Source of the DNA: Armatimonadota bacterium
GTDB lineage: Bacteria > Sysuimicrobiota > Sysuimicrobiia > Sysuimicrobiales > Kaftiobacteriaceae
Reading direction: 5' to 3'
Assembly (NCBI GenBank): GCA_037440005.1
Contig: JBBIUY010000013.1
Coordinates: forward strand, 1-23,308
Length of the DNA stretch: 23,308 bases
The notes beneath the pieces were generated by a model, which ran no database searches, was not told the origin of the DNA, and saw nothing but the letters and a program-made list of their open reading frames with translations. The translations under genes and the position numbers were made by a program. Of the stretch, positions 1 through 8,786 are shown piece by piece; positions within the stretch are counted from its first letter, which is position 1; every line of letters begins with the position of its first letter.

Positions 1-59
1 CTCCCTTTCCTTGGGGGAGGCTCCCAAGTGCAAACACTACATCCAAACAGGACATTCTA
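1..59 (-). promoter_or_regulatory. Possible -10 box and RBS of a divergent gene starting just outside the window
   Basis: Minus strand reads TAGAAT (54-59) and AAGGAAAGGGAG (1-12, SD-like). No good -35 seen and the gene itself is not in the window. Confidence 0.4.
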
Positions 60-74
60 GGGGCGCCCCGGTCC

Positions 75-105
75 GCAGGAATGTCCAGCACGGCACGGAA
101 TTCCC
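75..105 (+). promoter_or_regulatory. SigH-like alternative-sigma promoter upstream of the Hfq-domain fusion gene
   Basis: GCAGGAATG (75-83) and CGGAAT (96-101) resemble the B. subtilis SigH consensus AGGA...GAAT; same motif and spacing recur at 2830-2860. Confidence 0.55.
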
Positions 106-107
106 CC

Positions 108-1181
108 ATGCACATGGCCAGCCAGACGACCGGTCGGGCAGCCGGCGAGGTCTTCGCCGAAGACCTGGAGGCTCTGCTGGAGGGCCTGGACGGGATCACC
201 GCGGCCCGGGTCGTGGCCACCGACGCCGGAGAGATCGACACCATCTACGTGACGGCCGCGGGAGACCGCGACGAAACGGCGGTGCGCCGGGCGGTGGCGG
301 CCGCCCTCATGGCGCGGTACTCGCTGGCGGTGGACGGGTGGCGGATCCGGGTCGCCCGCCTCCAGGTGCCTCCGGCGGCCCCCTGGCAGATCCACCGGGT
401 GGAGGAGGTCCTGCGGCCGGAGGGGGCCCAGGTCACCGTGGAGCTGCGGCGGGGATCCGGGGCCGGCGGTGTGCTGGTCGGGCGCGCCCGGGCCCTGCCC
501 GACCGCGCCAGCCGTCTGCGGGCGGTGGCCCAGGCCACCCTGGAGGCGCTGCGGCCGACGCTGGGCGTCGGACGGCGGGCCACCCTGGAGGCCGTGACGC
601 CCGTGGCCGTCCCGGGCGGCGAGGTGGTGGTGGTCGCCGTCTCCGTGGCCGGGGCGGGGGAGAGCCGGCGGTATGCCGGAGCGGCGGTCGTGGACGGCCA
701 CGACGCCGAGGCGGTGATTGCAGCGACGCTGGACGCGCTGGCCCAGGACGCCGGGCGTCCGCAGCGACGGGGGTGGGGGATGAGGGATCGCCGGGAGGAA
801 CTGGAGTCGATGCGGGCTCAGTACCGGAGGCTGCGGGAACCCCAGCGGCAGATGCCCGCCCTGGGCCCCGAGGCGGACGACGCGGCGGACGTGGTGGACG
901 TGGCCCAGATCCGGCCCCAGGCATCCGGCGGGGCGGCGCCGGAGGCGCGGGCCGAGCCGGCGGCGCGCCCGGCGGGGCGGAGCGCCATGGAGGACGAGTT
1001 CCTGCGCCAGCTGGTCGCCGCGGGGACGCCGGTGCACATCCGCTGCCGGGACGGGTACGAGATCCCCGAGGCCGTCGTCAGGGACTTCGGGACCTACAGC
1101 CTGCTGGTGGAGCACGCCGCCGGGCGGGAACTGGTCTTCAAGCACGGCATCATCGCCATCCGCCCCCTGCGGGCGGGCTGA
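108..1181 (+). CDS. Uncharacterised N-terminal region fused to C-terminal Hfq (Sm-like) domain
   Basis: ORF 81..1181; start placed at ATG 108 (or 114) because ATG 81 lies inside the putative promoter. C-terminus [31 protein letters not shown] aligns by eye with Hfq QDPFLNAL..VPVSI..NG..SFDQFVILL..MVYKHAI. Confidence 0.8.
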   Translation: MHMASQTTGRAAGEVFAEDLEALLEGLDGITAARVVATDAGEIDTIYVTAAGDRDETAVRRAVAAALMARYSLAVDGWRIRVARLQVPPAAPWQIHRVEEVLRPEGAQVTVELRRGSGAGGVLVGRARALPDRASRLRAVAQATLEALRPTLGVGRRATLEAVTPVAVPGGEVVVVAVSVAGAGESRRYAGAAVVDGHDAEAVIAATLDALAQDAGRPQRRGWGMRDRREELESMRAQYRRLREPQRQMPALGPEADDAADVVDVAQIRPQASGGAAPEARAEPAARPAGRSAMEDEFLRQLVAAGTPVHIRCRDGYEIPEAVVRDFGTYSLLVEHAAGRELVFKHGIIAIRPLRAG

Positions 1182-1269
1182 TCCCCCGACGACCGCCGGA
1201 TGTCGGCCGGGCCGCCGACGCGCCGGAAGGACGCGCCGCGGTCCGGGGGCGTCTTCAGGGAGGGAGGCG

Positions 1270-2814
1270 ATGGGCGAGAAGATCGAGGACCTGCGCCGCC
1301 GGCGCGAGCGCATCCTGGCCATGGGCGGCCCCCAGCGGGTCGCCCGCCAGCACGAGGCCGGCAAGCTGACCGCCCGCGAGCGGCTGGACCTGCTGCTGGA
1401 CCCCGGCAGCTTCACCGAGCTGGACATGTTCGTCACCCCCCAGGGGCGGGAGTTCGGCCTGGACCGGGTGGAGGCGCCCGCCGACGGGGTCATCACCGGC
1501 TACGGGACCATCGACGGCCGGCTGGTGTTCGTGTTCTCCCAGGACTTCACGGTCCTAGGAGGGTCGCTGGGCGAAGGTCACGCCCGCAAGATCGTCAAGG
1601 TAATGGACATGGCCCTGCGGGCGGGGGCGCCCCTGATCGGACTCAACGACTCGGGCGGCGCCCGCATCCAGGAGGGCGTGGCCAGCCTGGGCGGCTACGC
1701 CGAGATCTTCCTGCGCAACACCCTGGCGTCGGGGGTGATCCCGCAGATCTCGGCCATCATGGGCCCGTGCGCCGGCGGCGCCGTCTACTCGCCGGCCATC
1801 ACCGACTTCGTCATCATGGTCCGCGGGACCAGCTACATGTTCGTCACCGGCCCCCAGGTGGTGAAGGCGGTGACCCGCGAGGAGGTGGGCTTCGAGGAGC
1901 TGGGCGGCGCCGACGTCCACGCCACCCGCAGCGGCGTCGCCCACTTCGTGGTGGACGACGACCCCGCCTGCCTGGCACTGATCCGCCGCCTGCTGTCTTA
2001 CCTGCCCCAGAACAACCTGGACGACCCTCCGGCGGTGGACACCGGAGACGACCCCGGCCGGGAGGACCCGGCCCTGGACGACATCGTGCCCGACGACCCC
2101 GCCCGGGCCTACGACATGCGCGAGGTGATCACCCGGGTGGTGGATACCGGGACGTTTCTGGAGGTGGCGGCGGGATTCGCGCCCAACCTGATCACGGGGT
2201 TCGCTCGCCTGGACGGCCGCCCGGTGGGGGTGGTGGCCCAGCAGCCCCAGGTCCTGGCCGGGGCGCTGGACATCAACGCCTCGGTGAAGGGGGCGCGCTT
2301 CATCCGCTTCTGCGACGCCTTCAACATCCCCCTGGTCAGCTTCGTGGACGTGCCCGGATTCCTGCCGGGGGTGGAGCAGGAGCACGGCGGGATCATCCGC
2401 CACGGCGCCAAGTTGCTGTTCGCCTACTGCGAGGCCACGGTCCCCAAGCTGGCCGTCATCACCCGCAAGGCCTACGGCGGGGCCTACGACGTCATGTCCA
2501 GCAAGCACATCCGCGGCGACCTGAACCTGGCCTGGCCCACGGCCGAGATCGCGGTGATGGGGCCCGAGGCGGCCATCGAGATCATCTTCCGCCGGGACCT
2601 GGCCGAGGCCGCCGATCCCCAGGCCCTGCGCGACCGGCTGGTGCGGGAGTACCGGGCGCAGTTCGCCACCCCCTACGTGGCCGCGTCCCGGGGCTACCTG
2701 GACGACGTGATCGAGCCCCGCCAGACCCGGCCCCGCCTGATCTCGGCCCTGCGGGCGCTGGCGGGCAAGCGCGAGACCCTGCCCCGCAAGAAGCACGACA
2801 ACCTGCCCCTGTGA
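1270..2814 (+). CDS. pccB: Propionyl-CoA carboxylase beta (carboxyltransferase) subunit
   Basis: [76 protein letters not shown] upstream; mutase/epimerase context. Confidence 0.92.
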   Translation: MGEKIEDLRRRRERILAMGGPQRVARQHEAGKLTARERLDLLLDPGSFTELDMFVTPQGREFGLDRVEAPADGVITGYGTIDGRLVFVFSQDFTVLGGSLGEGHARKIVKVMDMALRAGAPLIGLNDSGGARIQEGVASLGGYAEIFLRNTLASGVIPQISAIMGPCAGGAVYSPAITDFVIMVRGTSYMFVTGPQVVKAVTREEVGFEELGGADVHATRSGVAHFVVDDDPACLALIRRLLSYLPQNNLDDPPAVDTGDDPGREDPALDDIVPDDPARAYDMREVITRVVDTGTFLEVAAGFAPNLITGFARLDGRPVGVVAQQPQVLAGALDINASVKGARFIRFCDAFNIPLVSFVDVPGFLPGVEQEHGGIIRHGAKLLFAYCEATVPKLAVITRKAYGGAYDVMSSKHIRGDLNLAWPTAEIAVMGPEAAIEIIFRRDLAEAADPQALRDRLVREYRAQFATPYVAASRGYLDDVIEPRQTRPRLISALRALAGKRETLPRKKHDNLPL

Positions 2815-2829
2815 CCCGCGTCTCCCCCG

Positions 2830-2860
2830 GCAGGAGCCCGGCCGAGGGCGCGGAATTCCC
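2830..2860 (+). promoter_or_regulatory. Second SigH-like promoter, internal, upstream of the GNAT gene
   Basis: GCAGGA (2830-2835)-N15-CGGAATTCCC (2851-2860), identical elements and spacing to 75-105. Confidence 0.5.
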
Positions 2861-2876
2861 TGCACGGATCCCCGCG

Positions 2877-3425
2877 ATGAGCGAACCGGCATCCCGACGC
2901 GAGACGTCCCGGTCGGCGGACCCCGTGCGGCAGGCGTCGCCGGCGGTGGTGCAGCTGGAGTACGTGTCGCCCGACGACCGCAAGTTCCGCGACTGGCTGC
3001 GGCGCTACCGGGAGGAGGTGGCCGGGGAGGCGCCCACCGACGAGTGGCTGGACGCCTACCTCAAGCACATCTTCTCCGAGCAGGGGCGGCACCGGCACAT
3101 CTGGTGGGGGGTGGCCGACGGACGGCGGGTGGGCTTTGCGGTGGCCATCGTCACCCAGCAGCCCGCCGACCGGAACCGCCTGCAGGGGATGATCGCCGAG
3201 TTCTACATCTACCCCGAGTACCGCCGGGAGGGTTACGGCCGCCGGATGGCCGAGGCGGTGATCGGCTTTCTGCGGGAGCGCGGCTGCCAGGACGTCCACG
3301 CCTCGGTGTCGGCCGGCAACCTGCGGGGCCTGCGCTTCTGGGAAGCCTGCAGTTTCCAGATCTCCCGCTACGTGCTGGTGCACCGCCCGGGCCTGCGCCA
3401 GGAGGACGAAGAGGAGGAGCTCTGA
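2877..3425 (+). CDS. GNAT family N-acyltransferase
   Basis: 3' part of ORF 1200..3425. Motif A IAEFYIYPEYRREGYGRRM and motif B NLRGLRFWEACSF. Start ATG 2877 (alternative GTG 2811 overlapping the pccB stop). Confidence 0.85.
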   Translation: MSEPASRRETSRSADPVRQASPAVVQLEYVSPDDRKFRDWLRRYREEVAGEAPTDEWLDAYLKHIFSEQGRHRHIWWGVADGRRVGFAVAIVTQQPADRNRLQGMIAEFYIYPEYRREGYGRRMAEAVIGFLRERGCQDVHASVSAGNLRGLRFWEACSFQISRYVLVHRPGLRQEDEEEEL

Positions 3426-3453
3426 GAGGTCTCCCGCCGGCCGCGGTCCCGCT

Positions 3454-4932
3454 GTGACACCGTCCACCGTGCTCGTGGCCAACCGGGGCGAGATCGCCGT
3501 GCGGGTCATCCGCACGTGCCGCGAGATGGGCCTGCGGGTCGCCGCGGTGTACGCGCCTTCTGACCGGAACGCCCCCCACGTCTGGCTGGCCGACGAGGCC
3601 TTCCCCCTGCCCGGCGACGCCCCCGAACACAGCTACCTTCACGTGCGGGCCCTGCTCGACGCCGCCCGCCGCGCCGGCGCGCCGGCCGTGCACCCCGGGT
3701 ACGGCTTTCTGTCCGAGTCGGCCGCCTTCGCCCGGGCGTGCCGGGACGCCGGGCTGCGCTTCGTGGGACCGCCGCCGGAGGTGCTGGAGTTGTGCGGGGA
3801 CAAGGCCGCCGCCCGGGCGGCCATGGCCGCCGCCGGCGTGCCGGTTTTGCCGGGGACCGGACCCGTGGACGACCACGACGCCCCGGAGCTGGCCGGGCGT
3901 CTGGGCTTCCCGCTGCTGGTGAAGGCGGCCGCGGGCGGCGGCGGCAAGGGGATCCACCTGGTCCGGGAGCCCGGGCAGCTCCAGGCGACCCTGCGGCTGG
4001 CCCGGGGCGAGGCCCGCGCGGCGTTCGGAGACGACCGGGTGTACCTGGAGCGGTGGGTGGAGGGCGCGCGCCACGTGGAGGTGCAGGTGCTGGCCGACCG
4101 CTCGGGGGTGGTGGTCTTCCCCGAGCGCGACTGCAGCGTCCAGCGCCGCCACCAGAAGCTGATCGAGGAGAGCCCCGCCCCGTCGCTCTCCCGGAGGGTG
4201 CGGGAGCGGCTGCAGCGGGCGGCGGAGGCGGCGGCGCGGGCGGTGGGCTACATCAACGCCGGGACCGTGGAGTTCCTGGTGGGCGCCGACGAGATCTACT
4301 TCCTGGAGGTGAACGCCCGGCTGCAGGTGGAGCACCCGGTCACCGAGATGGTCACGGGGGTCGACCTGGTGGCCGAGCAGCTGCGGGTGGCGCTGGAGGG
4401 GCGAGCCGGCGTGCCGCCCGGGGAGGTCTCGGCCCGGGGGTGGGCCATCGAGTGCCGGGTGGGCGCCGAAGACCCCCACGAGGGATTTCTGCCCGCCGCC
4501 GGCCGCATCGAGGGCGTCTGGCTGCCGGGCGGACCGGGCATCCGGGTGGATGCCGCCGTGTACCCGGGGATGGAGGTCTCGCGCCACTACGACCCCCTGC
4601 TGGCCAAGATCATCGCCTGGGGCGCGGACCGGGAGGAGGCCCTGGGCCGGCTGCGGCGGGCGGTGGACGAGACGGTCATCGCCGGCATCCCCACCACCCT
4701 GCCCTTCCACGCCTGGGCCCTGCGGGAGCCCGCGTTCACCGCGGGCCGGCACGACACCGGATTCGTCGCGCGCTGGGAGGCCCGGCGCCCCGATCCGGAG
4801 GTCGAGCGGGCGGCTCTGCTGGCCGCCGTGGCGGCGTCCGTCGCATCCCCGCCGCCGTCTGCGCGTCCGACCGCTCCGTCCCGCTGGGTCCAGGCCGCCC
4901 GCGTGGAGGGGCTGCGCCCGTGGCCGCTCTGA
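3454..4932 (+). CDS. accC: Biotin carboxylase subunit of acyl-CoA (propionyl-CoA) carboxylase
   Basis: VLVANRGEIAVRVIR, HPGYGFLSE, KAAAGGGGKG, ERDCSVQRRHQK, FLEVNARLQVEHPVTE, YDPLLAK. Confidence 0.92.
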   Translation: MTPSTVLVANRGEIAVRVIRTCREMGLRVAAVYAPSDRNAPHVWLADEAFPLPGDAPEHSYLHVRALLDAARRAGAPAVHPGYGFLSESAAFARACRDAGLRFVGPPPEVLELCGDKAAARAAMAAAGVPVLPGTGPVDDHDAPELAGRLGFPLLVKAAAGGGGKGIHLVREPGQLQATLRLARGEARAAFGDDRVYLERWVEGARHVEVQVLADRSGVVVFPERDCSVQRRHQKLIEESPAPSLSRRVRERLQRAAEAAARAVGYINAGTVEFLVGADEIYFLEVNARLQVEHPVTEMVTGVDLVAEQLRVALEGRAGVPPGEVSARGWAIECRVGAEDPHEGFLPAAGRIEGVWLPGGPGIRVDAAVYPGMEVSRHYDPLLAKIIAWGADREEALGRLRRAVDETVIAGIPTTLPFHAWALREPAFTAGRHDTGFVARWEARRPDPEVERAALLAAVAASVASPPPSARPTAPSRWVQAARVEGLRPWPL

Positions 4933-4957
4933 CCTCCGTGGTGCTGCCCTCCGGCCC

Positions 4958-5494
4958 ATGACCCACCGGGTTCCGGCATCCGCCCGCGCCTTGCTGGTCA
5001 CCGTCGCCGGCCGGACCCACCGGGTGAGGGTGTGGCCGTCCGGACAGTCCCTGCAGGTGTCCGTGGACGGCGCGCCCCCCGTGGAGGTGGAGCTGCGGCC
5101 GCTGCTGGGCACCACCCACTACCGCCTCACCGCCGAGGGCGCCTCGCGGGTGGTGGGGATCCGGCGCCAGGCCGACGGCTGGACGGTGACCGCCGGCGCC
5201 GACCGGGTGGTGGTGCGGGTCGAGCCGGACCTGCCGGTGGTGCGGCGCGAGCGGGCCGGGCCCTCCGCGGCGGTCCGGGAGATCCGAGCGCCCATGCCGG
5301 GCCTGGTGGTGGCGGTGGAGGTGGCGGCGGGGGCCACGGTGGCACAAGGACAGGCCGTGGTGATCATGGAAGCGATGAAGATGCAGATGGAGATCCGGGC
5401 GCCGGCGCCGGGGCGGGTGCGCGGGGTGCACGTGGCGGCCGGCCAGGACGTGGCCGGCGGAACGCTGCTGGTGACGCTGGATCCGCCGGCCTAG
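4958..5494 (+). CDS. Biotin carboxyl carrier protein with N-terminal beta-rich extension
   Basis: 3' part of ORF 4550..5494; IRAPMPGLVV and biotinylation motif EAMKM; start ATG 4958 follows the biotin carboxylase stop. Confidence 0.88.
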   Translation: MTHRVPASARALLVTVAGRTHRVRVWPSGQSLQVSVDGAPPVEVELRPLLGTTHYRLTAEGASRVVGIRRQADGWTVTAGADRVVVRVEPDLPVVRRERAGPSAAVREIRAPMPGLVVAVEVAAGATVAQGQAVVIMEAMKMQMEIRAPAPGRVRGVHVAAGQDVAGGTLLVTLDPPA

Positions 5495-5524
5495 CAGGGC
5501 CCGCCCGGCGGAGGAACAGGACGC

Positions 5525-7180
5525 GTGGACGCCGAGGAGATCCGCCGTATCGAGGAGGCGCGCCGGCGGTGGGAGCAGGCCACCGCCGGCCAGCCGGAGC
5601 GCACCGACGTGCAGACCGCCGACGGCATCCCCATCCGGCGGCTGTACACGCCCGCCGACGTGCGGGCGGACTACCTGCGCGACCTGGGGTTCCCGGGCGA
5701 GTTTCCCTACACCCGGGGCGTCTACCCCACCATGTACCGGGGCCGGCTGTGGACCATGCGCCAGTACGCCGGGTTCGGGACCGCCGAGGAGTCCAACCGG
5801 CGCTTTCGCTACCTGCTGTCCCAGGGGCAGACCGGGCTGTCCGTGGCCTTCGACCTGCCCACCCAGATGGGGTACGACTCCGACCACCCGCTGGCCGAAC
5901 CGGAGGTGGGCAAGGTCGGGGTGGCCATCGACTCGCTGGCGGACATGGAGGTGTTGCTGGAGGGGATTCCCCTGGACCGGGTGACCACCTCCATGACCAT
6001 CAACGCCACGGCGGCGGTCCTGCTGGCCATGTACGTGGCGGTGGCCCAGCGCCAGGGCGTTCCCCCCGCGGTGCTGGACGGCACCATCCAAAACGACATC
6101 CTCAAGGAGTACATCGCCCGGGGGACCTACATCTTTCCCCCGGGGCCGTCCCTGCGGCTGGTCACCGACATCTTCGCGTACTGCGTCGAGCACCTGCCCC
6201 GGTGGAACCCCATCTCGGTCAGCGGCTACCACATCCGGGAGGCGGGCGCCACGGCGGTGCAGGAGGTGGCCTTCACCCTGGCCGACGGCCTCACCTACCT
6301 GCGGGCGGCGCAGGACGCCGGGCTGGACGTGGACCGGATCGCACCCCGGATCTCGTTCTTCTTTGCCGCCCAGATGAACCTGCTGGAGGAAGTGGCCAAG
6401 TTCCGGGCGGCCCGGCGGCTGTGGGCGCGCCTGGTGCGGGAGCGCCTGGGGGCCCGGGACCCCCGGTCGTGGATGCTGCGGTTTCACACCCAGACCGCCG
6501 GCGTGGCCCTGACGGCCCAGCAACCCGACAACAACGTGGTCCGGGTGACCCTCCAGGCCCTGGCGGCGGTCCTGGGCGGCACCCAGTCCCTGCACACCAA
6601 CGCCCGGGACGAGGCCCTGGCCCTGCCCACCGACGAGTCGGCCCTGCTGGCCCTGCGCACCCAGCAGATCATCGCCTACGAGAGCGGCGTGGCCGACACC
6701 GTGGACCCCCTGGGGGGGTCCTACTATGTGGAAGCCCTCACCGACGAGATCGAGCAGCGGGCGGCGGCGCTGCTGGACCAGATCGAGCAGGCCGGCGGGA
6801 TGCTGCGGGCGGTGGAGACCGGCATGGTGCAGCGGATGATCGCCGAGTCGGCCTACCGGGAGGCCCGGCGCATCGAGTCGGGCGAGCAGGTGGTGGTGGG
6901 CGTCAACCGGTTTCAGACCGACGGCGCCGCCCGACCGGCTCTGCTGCGGGTGCCCCCGGAAGTGGTCCAGCGCCAGAAGGCGTCCCTGGCCCGGGTGCGG
7001 CTGGAGCGAGACGCCGCCCGGGTGCGGCGGGCGCTGGACGGGCTGCAGAGGGCGGCCGCCGGCGCCGACAACGTGATGCCCCACATCCTGGACGCCGTCC
7101 GGGCCTACGCCACCATCGGGGAGATCTGCGACACCCTCCGCCAGGTCTTCGGCGTGTACCGCCCGGCGGCGACGGTGTGA
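5525..7180 (+). CDS. Methylmalonyl-CoA mutase, large (substrate-binding) subunit
   Basis: [50 protein letters not shown]-like [21 protein letters not shown]. Tyr in RQYAG and Arg in ARGT match methylmalonyl-CoA specificity. No DxHxxG B12 domain. Confidence 0.92.
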   Translation: MDAEEIRRIEEARRRWEQATAGQPERTDVQTADGIPIRRLYTPADVRADYLRDLGFPGEFPYTRGVYPTMYRGRLWTMRQYAGFGTAEESNRRFRYLLSQGQTGLSVAFDLPTQMGYDSDHPLAEPEVGKVGVAIDSLADMEVLLEGIPLDRVTTSMTINATAAVLLAMYVAVAQRQGVPPAVLDGTIQNDILKEYIARGTYIFPPGPSLRLVTDIFAYCVEHLPRWNPISVSGYHIREAGATAVQEVAFTLADGLTYLRAAQDAGLDVDRIAPRISFFFAAQMNLLEEVAKFRAARRLWARLVRERLGARDPRSWMLRFHTQTAGVALTAQQPDNNVVRVTLQALAAVLGGTQSLHTNARDEALALPTDESALLALRTQQIIAYESGVADTVDPLGGSYYVEALTDEIEQRAAALLDQIEQAGGMLRAVETGMVQRMIAESAYREARRIESGEQVVVGVNRFQTDGAARPALLRVPPEVVQRQKASLARVRLERDAARVRRALDGLQRAAAGADNVMPHILDAVRAYATIGEICDTLRQVFGVYRPAATV

Positions 7181-7229
7181 CCTCCATGGGCGGGGGTGGG
7201 GCGGAATCCCGCGGACGCCCTCTCCCCCG

Positions 7230-8207
7230 GTGTCCGCGGCGGCCGTGAGCGGGGACGCCGACCGCCTGCTGGACCAGGCCCTGGCCGGCTCGGTCCAGGC
7301 CCTGGCCCGCCTGATCTCCCTGGTGGAGGACGGAGATCCCCGGGGCTACCAGGCGCTCGCGCGGCTGCACCCCCGCACCGGCCGGGCGCACCTGGTGGGC
7401 GTGACGGGACCGCCGGGAGCCGGCAAGAGCACCCTGGTGGACGCCCTGATCCGCCTGCTGCGGGCGCGGGGCCAGACGGTGGCGGTGGCGGCGGTGGATC
7501 CCACCAGCCCGTTCACCGGGGGCGCGGTCCTGGGCGACCGCATCCGCATGCAGGACCACGCCACCGACCCCGGGGTGTTCATCCGCAGCATGGCCACCCG
7601 CGGCGGCCTGGGCGGCCTGGCCCCGGCCACAGCGGACGTGGTCAAGGTCTTCGACGCCGCAGGCTACCAGGTGGTGATCGTCGAGACCGTGGGGACCGGC
7701 CAGGCGGAGGTGGACGTGGTGGGCGCGGCCGACACGGTGGTCATCGTCCTGGTGCCCGGCCTGGGCGACGCGGTGCAGACGCTGAAGGCCGGCATTCTGG
7801 AGATCGGCGACGTCTTCGTGGTCAACAAGGCCGACCACCCCGACGCCGACCGCACGGCGGCCGAGATCAAGATGATGCTGGGCATGGCCGGCCCCCGGGA
7901 CGGATGGCATCCGCCGGTCCTGCTCACGGTGGCGACCGCCGGGCAGGGGGTGGACGGGCTCCTGCAGGCCGTGGACGAGCACCGGCAGTTCCTGCAGGCC
8001 CGGGGACTGCTGGAGCGGCGGCGGCGGCAGCGGCACAAGGCGGAGATCCTGCGGATCCTCGACGCCCGCCTGCGCCAGCGGATCCTGGAGGGAGCGGGGG
8101 GAGACCAGCGGCTGGACGAGTACGCCGGCAAGGTGGCGGCCGGGGAGATGGACCCGTACACCGCCGCCGAGCGGCTGATGGCGGAGATCGGGCCCGCCCG
8201 ACGGTGA
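7230..8207 (+). CDS. meaB: Methylmalonyl-CoA mutase-associated GTPase
   Basis: GVTGPPGAGKST, AVDPTSPFTGGAVLGDRIRM, FIRSMATRG, ETVGTGQ, VNKAD. Exact start (GTG 7230 vs 7245) uncertain. Confidence 0.92.
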   Translation: MSAAAVSGDADRLLDQALAGSVQALARLISLVEDGDPRGYQALARLHPRTGRAHLVGVTGPPGAGKSTLVDALIRLLRARGQTVAVAAVDPTSPFTGGAVLGDRIRMQDHATDPGVFIRSMATRGGLGGLAPATADVVKVFDAAGYQVVIVETVGTGQAEVDVVGAADTVVIVLVPGLGDAVQTLKAGILEIGDVFVVNKADHPDADRTAAEIKMMLGMAGPRDGWHPPVLLTVATAGQGVDGLLQAVDEHRQFLQARGLLERRRRQRHKAEILRILDARLRQRILEGAGGDQRLDEYAGKVAAGEMDPYTAAERLMAEIGPARR

Positions 8208-8235
8208 GGCGGAGCCCGGGAAGGGTGGGTCGTGG

Positions 8236-8634
8236 GTGACCGTCGATCACGTGGGCATCGCCGTCCGCAACCTCGCCGAGGCTGCCGCCCTGCTGGAGGC
8301 GGCCCTGGGCCTCGTGGTCACCGAGCGGTACGACCTCCCCCACGAGGGAGTGCGGCTGGCCTTCCTGTCCGGCGGGGCGACCGACCTGGAACTGCTGGAG
8401 CCCGTGGGCGACGCCGGCCCCCTGGCCCGCTTTCTGAGCAGCCGCGGCCCGGGGCTGCACCACGTCGCCTTCCGCGTGCCCGACATCCGGCAGGCTCTCG
8501 CCCGCGCCGCCTCCGCCGGATGCCGTCCCGTGGACCCCGCCCCCCGTCCGGGGGCCCGGAACCGCCAGGTGGCATTCCTGCACCCCTCCACCACCGGAGG
8601 CCTCCTGATCGAACTGGTCGAGCATCCCGAATAG
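8236..8634 (+). CDS. mce: Methylmalonyl-CoA epimerase (VOC family)
   Basis: DHVGIAV, LELLEP, GPGLHHVAFRV, AFLHP..GGLLIELVE; adjacent to mutase and MeaB. Confidence 0.9.
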   Translation: MTVDHVGIAVRNLAEAAALLEAALGLVVTERYDLPHEGVRLAFLSGGATDLELLEPVGDAGPLARFLSSRGPGLHHVAFRVPDIRQALARAASAGCRPVDPAPRPGARNRQVAFLHPSTTGGLLIELVEHPE

Positions 8635-8644
8635 GCTCTTCCCC

Positions 8645-8673
8645 TTGCATTGAGTCCGCTCTATCGTTATAAT
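8645..8673 (+). promoter_or_regulatory. Sigma70/SigA-type promoter for yabE-rsmA
   Basis: TTGCAT (8645-8650)-17 nt-TATAAT (8668-8673) in an AT-rich patch. Confidence 0.85.
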
Positions 8674-8786
8674 TCCCGCGGTCGCCTCTCCCGATCTGCC
8701 CGGTCCTGACCGTCCCCCCTGCGCTCTCGCACGGGCCGACCTGCGCCCGCGTGTGGACGAGGTGATGGCGTCATGAGGAGATCGGC

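Noticed and set aside
1200..2876. 741-aa ORF read as one long GNAT fusion
   Set aside because: The N-terminal part is an off-frame shadow of pccB (Arg/Gly/Pro-rich); only the last 182 aa look like a real protein.
4550..4957. Long N-terminal extension of the biotin carrier
   Set aside because: Overlaps the biotin carboxylase in another frame; low-complexity translation.
1270..5494. Na+-pumping methylmalonyl-CoA decarboxylase
   Set aside because: A biotin carboxylase is present and no membrane beta subunit is seen.
5525..7180. Isobutyryl- or 2-hydroxyisobutyryl-CoA mutase
   Set aside because: Specificity residues (RQYAG Tyr, ARGT Arg) and the adjacent epimerase and carboxylase indicate methylmalonyl-CoA.
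7201..7210. Third SigH-like promoter (GCGGAATCCC)
   Set aside because: No AGGA element at the matching upstream spacing.
8680..8786. Possible c-di-AMP (ydaO) riboswitch in the yabE leader
   Set aside because: Plausible by gene context, but the conserved GCUGAAUCC / GGGGAACC / GGGUGAAU motifs are absent.
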